The notes beneath the pieces were generated by a model. That model saw nothing but the letters and a program-made list of their open reading frames with translations, was not told the DNA's origin and searched no databases. A program made the position numbers and the translations under genes. This document shows positions 36,656 to 44,902 of a DNA stretch of 64,000 nucleotides, piece by piece (position 1 is the stretch's first letter; the number at the start of each line of letters is the position of its first letter). Origin of the DNA: an uncultured Alcanivoracaceae bacterium (GTDB taxonomy: Bacteria > Pseudomonadota > Gammaproteobacteria > Xanthomonadales > Marinicellaceae); contig CAZLZZ010000001.1 in the NCBI GenBank assembly GCA_964564165.1, positions 10,257 to 74,256 of the forward strand. The letters are read 5' to 3'.

Positions 36656-39600
36656 TTGGAGATACATGCCAGCAAAAGTAATGTTATTGCTTTTACCCAA
36701 TTTATAGTTATAGTTTTAATATTAATTTTTTCTGGCTTTTCATCCGCTTTAGAGTTTAATAAAATAAAGGATGTCAGTCTCCCTTTAAATCAACGCATCA
36801 ATTCAGTAACCTATGACAAACAAGGTTTTATCTGGCTTGCTTCAAAAGCCAGTTTATGGCGATATGATGGTTATAGTATTAAACCCTTTCATCACCTTTT
36901 CAAAAACAAAATTAAGTCTATAAAAAAACTCTATTTTGATAAAAATAATACACTATGGATAGGCACTGAAAAAAATGGTCTATTTAAATACGATTTAGGG
37001 TCAAATTCAATACAAAATATTGAGTCTAGATTGTTAAAAAACAAATCGATCACCGCAATTGATATCAGTGGCAAATCCAATATTTGGTTAGGAACTAACA
37101 ATGGTTTAATGTATTCAATAAGCACTAATTTAATAAATCAACCTCTTTCCTTTAATGAAGTCACCTCGTCCAAAGGTAAATATATTACTTCAATCTTAGA
37201 TTTATCAAATGGAAAATTATTAGTTGGTACAAAACAAGGGCTATTTTATTTTAATAAGATCAGTAATCAACTAACTAAAATCAACCTTTTTGAAGATTTA
37301 ATAATTCTCACAATATACCAAGATTTTGATAAAAATATTTGGGTTGGAACAAGTAAAGGAGTCTATAAAAAAATAGTTAATAATGACAATTTCATTGCAT
37401 ATAAAGCAAATATCTTTGATCATCCAATTCCTTCGGTTTATGTCGATGAACAAAAAATATGGATAGGGTCTTTTTATAATGGTTTATATAGTATTAGTAA
37501 GTTAAGTAATAAAATAAATCATTACAAGTACCACTCCAGTGACCCACATTCACTGTCAAATAATAGTGTGGTTTCCCTAACAGGGGATAATAAAAGAAGT
37601 ATTTTATGGGTTAATACATTTAGCAATAGTATAAATTACATTAACAAAGATTCATTAAAGTTTGGAGTAGAAGACAATTCCCAAGACAGTGTATATTGTT
37701 TAAAGTCACAGGCACTAGGAAATTTACTAAATGATGGCGATGGAAATAGCTGGATAACGTCACATGATGGGTTGATACAATATAACTCAAAGGAAAAAAT
37801 TTGCGAAAATCATTATTTAGACTCTAAAAACAAAAACACATTCAGAACAAAGTTATTAAATTCAGCAATTATTACCAAAAAAAACATAATTTGGCTTGCT
37901 ACAACTAAAGGGTTAAATAAATTCAATAAGGAGTTAAGTTTTATTGATACAACTTATGAAAAGTATATAGATGAGAATGTTACTTTTATACACGAACAAA
38001 ACAATCATAATTTGCTGATAGGAACACACAATGGGCTGTTTGAGTTTAATCCACTGTCTAAACAGGTAAATAAAATCAGTTTTACAAGCCAGTTTATTAA
38101 TAATGTCATCATGTATTCATACAGCATTAATCAAAAAAAAGAAATCTTTTTTGCAACGAGTATTGGAATTGCCACCATTAAAGAAAACAAATTGATTGTT
38201 CATAATAAAATTCAAAACCAACTTCCAACAAGAGAAATTTATTCTGTATACTTTAGCCACTTAGATGAATTATGGGTTGGTGCTGATTCTTTTGGTGTAT
38301 TTCATTTTAACGTCGGTAGTAATCTTATTGGAAAATACAATCAGGAAAATAATTTTATTCAAACATTGAGCGTTTTTAGTTTTCTTGAAGACAACCAAAA
38401 TTATATTTGGGCAGGAACAAGTAACGGATTATTAAAAATAAACCCGAAATTAAAAAAAATGCATATGTTTCATACAAGTGATGGACTACAAGGAGAGGTT
38501 TTCAGTCTTAATGCGGCCACAAAGTTTCCCGATGGAAAACTGTATTTCGGAGGTCGCAATGGTTTCAATGCCTTTTATCCCAAGGATATAATGTTAAATA
38601 TGACACCACCCAATATAGTCCTAACTGACTTCACCCGCTTTGGCAAGTCTGTTGAGGTAGGAGTTAAAGAAAAAGATTTTTTATTAAAAAAAGACATTAA
38701 TAAATTACAAGAGCTCACCTTAACCCATAAAGATTATGTTATTGGTTTTGAGTTTGCAGCATTGGACTTTGCCGACCCATCACGCAATAAATATGCTTAT
38801 ATGATGGAAGGATTAGATCCAGAGTGGATTTATACAAATGCCGATAATCGACGCATCAGTTATTCCAATCTAAAACCTGGTGAATACACTTTTAGAGTTA
38901 AAGGCTCTAACAAGGACGGGATTTGGAATGAAACGGGCAAATCATTAAAAATTGTTGTTAAGCCGGCACCTTGGTTTAGCTGGTGGGCTTATATCATTTA
39001 TGGCATCAGCTTTTTTATTCTGTTATCTTGGTACATAAACCGAAAAAATAAAGCCAACAAAAGAATTACAAAAATGCTGCGAATTGAAGTGGCCAAACAG
39101 ACTCAAGAATTAAAAGCCCAAAAAACCAAGGTAGAATCCCTGTTGGCTAAGAAAAATGAATTATTTGCCAATGTATCGCATGAGTTCAGAACGCCTTTGA
39201 CTTTGATATTGGGCCCGATTAATAAATTATTAAAAACCAACTTGCCCATATCGAGTATTAATGATTTAAAAATGGTTAATCGGAATGCCAACCGTTTATT
39301 AACCATGATTGAACAATTGCTACAATTGGCCAAGGTTTCAAACAATGAAGAAATCTTGTATTTTCCACTAGAAACCAAGCCTCGTATTTATGAAATTGTC
39401 AAATCGTTTACACCTCTTGCTCAACAAAAACGCATTGAATTATCGTTAAATAACAATGTTGAATCCGCCATCAGCACCACAACAGATGCTTTAGATATTA
39501 TATTGGGCAACCTTCTGTCCAATGCCATTAAATACACCCAAACTGGTGGCAAGGTTACCATTTGCTCAATTGTCATAGATAACAAAATCAGCATTAGTGT

Positions 39601-40681
39601 AAAAGATACTGGTAGCGGACTTGACCAACAACAACAAAAAGATATATTTAATCGCTTCAAGCGTTTAGATTTGCACCAAAACATACAAGGTATTGGTATT
39701 GGCTTAAGCGTGGTTGAAAGTTTGTTGAGTGTTAACAATGCCAGCATGCAAATTGTAAGTAAGCCCGGAGAGGGCAGTACTTTTACGGTAAGCTTTAACA
39801 CCATTGAAATGGATTTTGAAGAACCGCAAAAAAGTTCAGAAAGTTTATTATTAAGACAGCTTACTATTGAAACAACAGACACCAATAGGGTTAACACTGA
39901 CACACAATCTAACCTTAGAATGCTTAAGGAGAGCATATTAATCATCGAAGACAACGATGATATGCGTGCTCATATTGCCGATACTTTAAAAGACACCTAT
40001 CATTGCTTGTTGGCTAATCGAGGTAAAGCGGGTGTCGCACTGGCAATAAAACATGTGCCTGATATTATTATTTGTGATGTTATGATGCCAGAAATGGATG
40101 GTTTTCAAGTTTCTAGGGTGATGCGTTCGGATACACGAACTTCACACATACCTTTGGTTTTGTTAACCGCTCTTCACGACAAAGAAAGTCGGATTAAAGG
40201 TTGGCGTGAACATGTAGATGTTTATCTGACTAAACCTTTTGATGCTCAAGAACTGTTAATTCAGCTTGAAAACATTTTAGTCATTCGCAATATTTTAAAA
40301 AGAAAAGCAGGGCAACAAATAAAAATTGGCCAAACCAGCAACAGCGACCTTCCCAAAAGAGACCAAGTATTTGTCAATAAACTAAATCAATTAATAGTAA
40401 AGAAATATAAAAACCCTTTATATTTGCGCCCTCAATTAGCCAGTGATATGGCAGTTAGTGAACGACAATTACAGCGCAAACTAAAAGCCTTGATTGATAA
40501 AAACCCTATGGATTTATTAAGAGAATACCGTTTAAGTCAAGCGGCTATAATGCTTAAAGACGGCTATCAAGTTGGTATTACCTCAGATGAGTGTGGATTT
40601 AATTCTGTTGCTTATTTTTCTCAATGCTTTAAAGCACAATATGGTGTTTCGCCCAAAGCCTACCAAACCGCTTGTAAGTAG
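36656..40681 (+). CDS. Hybrid two-component system protein: periplasmic double beta-propeller + Y_Y_Y, TM, HisKA/HATPase, receiver, AraC-type HTH
   Basis: 1341 aa. It has repeated Reg_prop-like WIGT/WVGT..GL motifs, the H-box FANVSHEFRTPLT, N/G boxes (LSNAIKYT, DTGSGL, GIGIGLSVV), a REC domain (IIEDNDDM...DVMMPEMDG...LTKP), and a C-terminal AraC HTH (GFNSVAYFSQCFKAQYGVSP). TTG start. Confidence 0.9.
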   Translation: MEIHASKSNVIAFTQFIVIVLILIFSGFSSALEFNKIKDVSLPLNQRINSVTYDKQGFIWLASKASLWRYDGYSIKPFHHLFKNKIKSIKKLYFDKNNTLWIGTEKNGLFKYDLGSNSIQNIESRLLKNKSITAIDISGKSNIWLGTNNGLMYSISTNLINQPLSFNEVTSSKGKYITSILDLSNGKLLVGTKQGLFYFNKISNQLTKINLFEDLIILTIYQDFDKNIWVGTSKGVYKKIVNNDNFIAYKANIFDHPIPSVYVDEQKIWIGSFYNGLYSISKLSNKINHYKYHSSDPHSLSNNSVVSLTGDNKRSILWVNTFSNSINYINKDSLKFGVEDNSQDSVYCLKSQALGNLLNDGDGNSWITSHDGLIQYNSKEKICENHYLDSKNKNTFRTKLLNSAIITKKNIIWLATTKGLNKFNKELSFIDTTYEKYIDENVTFIHEQNNHNLLIGTHNGLFEFNPLSKQVNKISFTSQFINNVIMYSYSINQKKEIFFATSIGIATIKENKLIVHNKIQNQLPTREIYSVYFSHLDELWVGADSFGVFHFNVGSNLIGKYNQENNFIQTLSVFSFLEDNQNYIWAGTSNGLLKINPKLKKMHMFHTSDGLQGEVFSLNAATKFPDGKLYFGGRNGFNAFYPKDIMLNMTPPNIVLTDFTRFGKSVEVGVKEKDFLLKKDINKLQELTLTHKDYVIGFEFAALDFADPSRNKYAYMMEGLDPEWIYTNADNRRISYSNLKPGEYTFRVKGSNKDGIWNETGKSLKIVVKPAPWFSWWAYIIYGISFFILLSWYINRKNKANKRITKMLRIEVAKQTQELKAQKTKVESLLAKKNELFANVSHEFRTPLTLILGPINKLLKTNLPISSINDLKMVNRNANRLLTMIEQLLQLAKVSNNEEILYFPLETKPRIYEIVKSFTPLAQQKRIELSLNNNVESAISTTTDALDIILGNLLSNAIKYTQTGGKVTICSIVIDNKISISVKDTGSGLDQQQQKDIFNRFKRLDLHQNIQGIGIGLSVVESLLSVNNASMQIVSKPGEGSTFTVSFNTIEMDFEEPQKSSESLLLRQLTIETTDTNRVNTDTQSNLRMLKESILIIEDNDDMRAHIADTLKDTYHCLLANRGKAGVALAIKHVPDIIICDVMMPEMDGFQVSRVMRSDTRTSHIPLVLLTALHDKESRIKGWREHVDVYLTKPFDAQELLIQLENILVIRNILKRKAGQQIKIGQTSNSDLPKRDQVFVNKLNQLIVKKYKNPLYLRPQLASDMAVSERQLQRKLKALIDKNPMDLLREYRLSQAAIMLKDGYQVGITSDECGFNSVAYFSQCFKAQYGVSPKAYQTACK

Positions 40682-40977
40682 TGCTTGACCGAAAAAGAAT
40701 ATTCTACTGCGGAAAAGCTGGGTTTTACGCGTATCGTCCTGATACTTGCCTACATCCATGTAGGTTTACATGAAAATCCTTTCCTGAAGGATTGTTGCCA
40801 AAATTCATCCTTATCCTCGTCAAATAGCCAGCTATTTTCCTCAAAAATACTCCTGGAGAGTATTTTCACGCAAGCCGCGCAGCGGTAAGTATCATGGAAG
40901 ATACGTATAAATAATGAGAAATTATTGTCTAAAGCCAGACTTTCCCTCGCTACGAATACTTTCTCGGTCAAGCACTA
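40679..40977. mobile_element. MITE-B-related longer element (295 bp plus flanking TA)
   Basis: TA-GTGCTTGACCGAAAAAGAATATTC ... GAATACTTTCTCGGTCAAGCAC-TA. The TIR core GCTTGnCCGAnAA is shared with MITE-B. The left TA plus the first G form the TAG stop of the upstream regulator. Confidence 0.6.
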
Positions 40978-41080
40978 AGTAAAAGGCATTTGCTCGCCCA
41001 GTAACACAGAAGTTTACAAGTTTTTTTCATACCCAATTAAAAAAGAAGTATAATCAATCAAGGCCTTTGGTCTTTTAATA

Positions 41081-41243
41081 CCCAAATCACGATATAGAAA
41101 CACGAAATAGAGTGTAATCACTTGGTGCGTATAGTGAATCTAAAAAATACGTTGCCACCTCATTGGTGGTTAGGCATTTTTTAGATTTGCTAGACGTGCT
41201 AAGGGGTTGCGCTATAATCGTGTTTTCTATATCGGGGTTTGGG
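41081..41243 (+). mobile_element. MITE-A reference copy (163 bp)
   Basis: TIRs are CCCAAATCACGATATAGAAACACG / CGTGTTTTCTATATCGGGGTTTGGG, flanked by TA on both sides. A same-length copy lies inverted at 62258-62420. Confidence 0.8.
41191..41218 (+). promoter_or_regulatory. MITE-A-borne outward promoter facing the dodecin genes
   Basis: TAGACG (41191-41196), a 16-nt spacer, then TATAAT (41213-41218). It is homologous to the TTGACG-16-TATAAT promoter at 8737-8764. Confidence 0.4.
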
Positions 41244-41279
41244 TAACAATTAATCTTTATAAAACAAGGAGAAATACTA

Positions 41280-41480
41280 ATGAGTATAGCTAGAGTAACA
41301 GAAATTATCGCATCATCAGATAAAAGCTTTGAAGATGCAGTAGCACAAGGCATAAGCCGTGCCGCGGAAACTATTCAGGGCATAACTGGCGCATGGGTTG
41401 AGTCACAAAAGGTGACGGTCAGCGATGGCAAAATTGATCAGTATCGGGTCAATATGAAAGTAACGTTTGTTTTGAAATAA
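41280..41480 (+). CDS. Dodecin family flavin-binding protein, copy 1
   Basis: 66 aa. The pattern ...VTEIIASSDKSFEDAVAQGISRA...GAWVESQKVTV.DGKI.QYRVNMKVTF is typical of bacterial dodecins. It has a strong RBS (AAGGAGA). Confidence 0.85.
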   Translation: MSIARVTEIIASSDKSFEDAVAQGISRAAETIQGITGAWVESQKVTVSDGKIDQYRVNMKVTFVLK

Positions 41481-41502
41481 TCAAAAAATCTAGGAGAATA
41501 AT

Positions 41503-41703
41503 ATGAGCGTAGCTAGAATAACCGAAATATCAGCTTCTTCTTCAAAAAGTTTTGAAAAAGCTGTAAAAAATGGCATCAATCGTGCAACCGATACATTACA
41601 AAATGTAACCGGAGCTTGGGTAGAAAGTCAAAAAGTCACCGTTAAGGATGGTGAAATTAATCAATACCGTGTTGTTATGAAGGTTACTTTTGTATTGAAG
41701 TAA
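41503..41703 (+). CDS. Dodecin family flavin-binding protein, copy 2
   Basis: 66 aa and colinear with copy 1. It has an RBS (AGGAGA). Confidence 0.85.
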   Translation: MSVARITEISASSSKSFEKAVKNGINRATDTLQNVTGAWVESQKVTVKDGEINQYRVVMKVTFVLK

Positions 41704-41728
41704 ATTCAACCTATAATCGACAACAGAT

Positions 41729-41759
41729 AAGGCAAACTCATTATGTTTTGCCTTTTTTT
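41729..41759 (+). terminator. Rho-independent terminator after the dodecin pair
   Basis: AAGGCAAA / TTTGCCTT stem with a 10-nt loop, followed by a T-run. Confidence 0.75.
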
Positions 41760-41797
41760 ATGGTATATTGTCAAACAATTCCAACCTTAGATAACTA

Positions 41798-42268
41798 ATG
41801 AGTAAAGAAGATCACGCACAAGTCAAAACCATTCCGCCGCTTATTCCTTTGTTTTTCATTGTTCTGGCATGGTTAATCGATAAATATATTTATGCTTTGG
41901 CAATTCCTTTGGCTGGAAATGTCCAGTTGATTGTGGCTTATATTATGATGACTATAGCGGCGATTCTTTTTGCTTTTAGTTTGTTTTTTTTCATCAAAAC
42001 ACGACAAAACCCAGAGCCGCATACGCCAACCAATGCCTTATATACGGGTGGTGTTTTTAGAGTCACTCGCAATCCTATTTATTTGGGCTTTTTGGTGGCA
42101 CAAGTTGTGGTAGCAATAAAGCTCAACAATTTAATGATTATTTTGTCTTTGCCTATAGTTTGGTGGCTTTTGAATAAGTGGGTGATAGAGCCAGAGGAGG
42201 CTTACCTTGAAAAACTCTTTGGGCAGGAGTATTTGGATTATAAGAAAAAAGTGAGAAGGTGGTTATGA
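41798..42268 (+). CDS. Isoprenylcysteine carboxyl methyltransferase (ICMT/PEMT-like) family membrane protein
   Basis: 156 aa with 4 TM segments and the TRNPIYLGFLV motif. It has an ATGA overlap with ubiG. Confidence 0.7.
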   Translation: MSKEDHAQVKTIPPLIPLFFIVLAWLIDKYIYALAIPLAGNVQLIVAYIMMTIAAILFAFSLFFFIKTRQNPEPHTPTNALYTGGVFRVTRNPIYLGFLVAQVVVAIKLNNLMIILSLPIVWWLLNKWVIEPEEAYLEKLFGQEYLDYKKKVRRWL

Positions 42269-42984
42269 TCAATATCAACCCAAACGTCAACCCAAATGTT
42301 AAAACCAGCGAAATTGAACATTTCAACGATCAAGCCGCCTTTTGGTGGGATGAAAACGGCCCTTTTAAAACTTTGCACCACATCAACCCAGTAAGAACGG
42401 ACTATGTTAAGCAGTTTGTTGACCTACAGGATAAACAAGTGTTAGATGTGGGTTGTGGCGGCGGTGTTTTTTCTGAAAGCATGGCAGCCGGTGGTGCAAA
42501 AGTAACCGCTATTGATTTAGCCCAAGAGTCATTAGAGGTGGCAAAATTGCATCTTTTTGAAAGCAATCTCAACATTGATTACAAAAAAATCAGTGTTGAA
42601 GACTTTGCCAATGACAATGAAGGTTGTTTTGATGTCATAGTATGTATGGAAATGCTGGAACATGTTCCTGATCCACAGTCTATTGTTGATGCCTGTGCTA
42701 AGATATTAAAACCGGGTGGCTGGCTGTTTTTATCCACCATTAATCGCAGTGCCAAAGCCATGGTGCTGGGGATTTTTGTCGCTGAACATGTAATCGGATT
42801 GGTGCCCAAAGGCACGCACCATTTTGAGCAATTAATCAAACCTTCAGAGTTAGCAGCCGGCGTTGAGAAATCAGGGTTAAAAGTTGAAGATATTTGTGGC
42901 ATGAAATACAATCCCATATCAACAAAAGCCTGGTTAGAACCGCATGATGTCAGCATTAATTATTTGCTAGCCGCACAAAAATAA
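42265..42984 (+). CDS. ubiG: Bifunctional 3-demethylubiquinol 3-O-methyltransferase
   Basis: FWWDENGPFKTLHHINPVR and the SAM motif VLDVGCGGG. The start is taken at ATG 42265, after AAGGTGG. Confidence 0.9.
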   Translation: MININPNVNPNVKTSEIEHFNDQAAFWWDENGPFKTLHHINPVRTDYVKQFVDLQDKQVLDVGCGGGVFSESMAAGGAKVTAIDLAQESLEVAKLHLFESNLNIDYKKISVEDFANDNEGCFDVIVCMEMLEHVPDPQSIVDACAKILKPGGWLFLSTINRSAKAMVLGIFVAEHVIGLVPKGTHHFEQLIKPSELAAGVEKSGLKVEDICGMKYNPISTKAWLEPHDVSINYLLAAQK

Positions 42985-43625
42985 TGCAAGGATTCTTGTT
43001 CGATTTAGATGGAACGTTGGTTGATACTGCCATCGACATGATTGATTCATTAACACTGTTGGCAGCAGAAAATAACATCCAAATCAACCCTGACTATAAT
43101 GAATACAAAGAGCTAATTACTTATGGCTCAAGAGCGATTGTTACTTCAATCTTCGGACACCTTGATAACCCGTCAATTAAAAAACTACAACTGCGCTATT
43201 TAGAAATTTACCAACAAAACTTAAGCGTCGGTTCTTGCCTGTTTGAAGGCGTTGAAACCTTTATAAAAAAATTAGATAACAACAAGATTCCATGGGGAAT
43301 TGTAACCAACAAACCCGCTTATTTGGCTCAACCTTTGGTAAACTCATTAGCACAACTAAGCAACTGTAAGGTTTTAGTTGGTGGAGATACAACCCATCAT
43401 TCTAAACCCCATCCAGAACCCATTAATCGCGCCATAAAAGTTTTGAATATTGACCCAAAGATCAGTTGGTATATTGGCGATGCAAAAACCGACATACAAG
43501 CTGCCAATGCTGCCAATATGAATTCGGCCGTGGCTTTGTGGGGCTATTTAAGCAAGAATGATAAGCCTCACGAATGGCAAGCCAGCCTTGTTTTAAATCA
43601 TGCTCTTGAAATGCTTGAATTATGA
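42984..43625 (+). CDS. HAD-IA phosphatase (phosphoglycolate phosphatase / MupP-like)
   Basis: FDLDGTLVDT motif I, TNK motif II, and GDAKTDIQAANAA motif III/IV. It sits in the usual position after ubiG. Confidence 0.75.
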   Translation: MQGFLFDLDGTLVDTAIDMIDSLTLLAAENNIQINPDYNEYKELITYGSRAIVTSIFGHLDNPSIKKLQLRYLEIYQQNLSVGSCLFEGVETFIKKLDNNKIPWGIVTNKPAYLAQPLVNSLAQLSNCKVLVGGDTTHHSKPHPEPINRAIKVLNIDPKISWYIGDAKTDIQAANAANMNSAVALWGYLSKNDKPHEWQASLVLNHALEMLEL

Positions 43626-43643
43626 ATGTTAACCATTGTGCTT

Positions 43644-44567
43644 TTAAATAACACCCCCTTGTAATCCGCCTGTATGCAATATAACAACCTTATTGCCTTT
43701 GGCGATTTGCCCTTTTTTTATCAAATCATAAGCGGCATAAAAAGTTTTGGCAGTATAAATTTTATCTAATTTTATGGCATTTTTATTGGTGAATTCTTGA
43801 GCAAAACACCGTGTTTTATTGTCCATTTTGGCATATCCGCCTGCATGGTAATCACAGTAGAGCTTCCATTGAATATTGTTGTGGTATTGGGATAGGTTTT
43901 CAATGTCGTGCTGTAAAAACTCCCCACCTTTTAATACGGGGATACCTAAAATCTTGGTTTTCCAACCTCCTTTAGCAACACCGTCAATTAACCCTGCTAA
44001 GGTTCCTCCTGTTCCACAAGCGGATATTAAATATGTGGGTTCGGATATTTGTTGTTTCAGCTCCATGATGATTTCCTCAACCCCTTGCACGGCCAAAGAA
44101 TTGCTCCCGCCTTCTGGAATGAGATACACTTTATTTTGGGATTCTTCTACAATAGACTTAACAAGCGGCGCTGTTAGTTTTAACCGGTAATCTTGCCTAC
44201 TTAGGAAAACCAGCTTCATGCCTTTTTGTTCAGCAGACTTTAGAGTTGTGCTCCATTTGTTTTTACTGAACTTTAATTCATCGCCACGAATAAACCCGAT
44301 ACTGTCTAACCCACAATAGTTGGCTGCCGCAGCTGTTGCCAAAACATGATTTGACCAAGCACCTCCGAATGTGGCAATACACCCGTATTTTTCAAGTATC
44401 GCTAGTTTGAAATTGTATTTTAATTTTCTTAATTTGTTGCCCTGAACTAAGCTGTGGTTTAGATCGTCTCTTTTAACAGAAATATCTACGCCTAAATAAT
44501 TGTCTAACTGCTGAACAGGCGAAGGCTTTGGAGTAAACAGTTGTTGCCATTTTTGGTTTTGAGTCAT
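43644..44567 (-). CDS. PLP-dependent ACC deaminase / D-cysteine desulfhydrase family protein
   Basis: 307 aa with GNKLRKLKYN (PLP lysine block) and CGTGGTLAG. Confidence 0.8.
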   Translation of the reverse strand: MTQNQKWQQLFTPKPSPVQQLDNYLGVDISVKRDDLNHSLVQGNKLRKLKYNFKLAILEKYGCIATFGGAWSNHVLATAAAANYCGLDSIGFIRGDELKFSKNKWSTTLKSAEQKGMKLVFLSRQDYRLKLTAPLVKSIVEESQNKVYLIPEGGSNSLAVQGVEEIIMELKQQISEPTYLISACGTGGTLAGLIDGVAKGGWKTKILGIPVLKGGEFLQHDIENLSQYHNNIQWKLYCDYHAGGYAKMDNKTRCFAQEFTNKNAIKLDKIYTAKTFYAAYDLIKKGQIAKGNKVVILHTGGLQGGVI

Positions 44568-44902
44568 TCGATTTTTAGTTTTAATTTTATAATTTTTGAT
44601 TCTTTAATAAACAATTTCAACCCCTGTATTGTACCGAATTAGCGTTAAACCCTGATATAAAAAACACCCATTCAGGTTGTTATAAACGTGAACGAATGAA
44701 GCTGACCAATTTTGTAACTATTAACAGTTTCTTTAAATTTTTGTCTTGTTTGCTCTTCGCATTCATTAATCTTTGCCTAATTACATACTATATCCTTTAT
44801 TCTCAACGACATTGGTTGAAATGTGCAAGCTGTTTGTAATATCATAGGAACTGGGTGCACCTTAATTTGGGTGTAAATCGGGAATTTTGGATACAAACAC
44901 TT

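Noticed and set aside
39421-39954. Long antisense or alternate-frame ORFs inside confident genes, e.g. 39421-39954(-), 60450-60872(-), 25196-25579(-), 42579-42956(-), 55875-56255(+), 1741-2079(-), 13595-14133(+).
   Set aside because: They are fully embedded in strongly supported CDSs on the other strand or frame. Their composition is low-complexity or odd, and they have no motifs.
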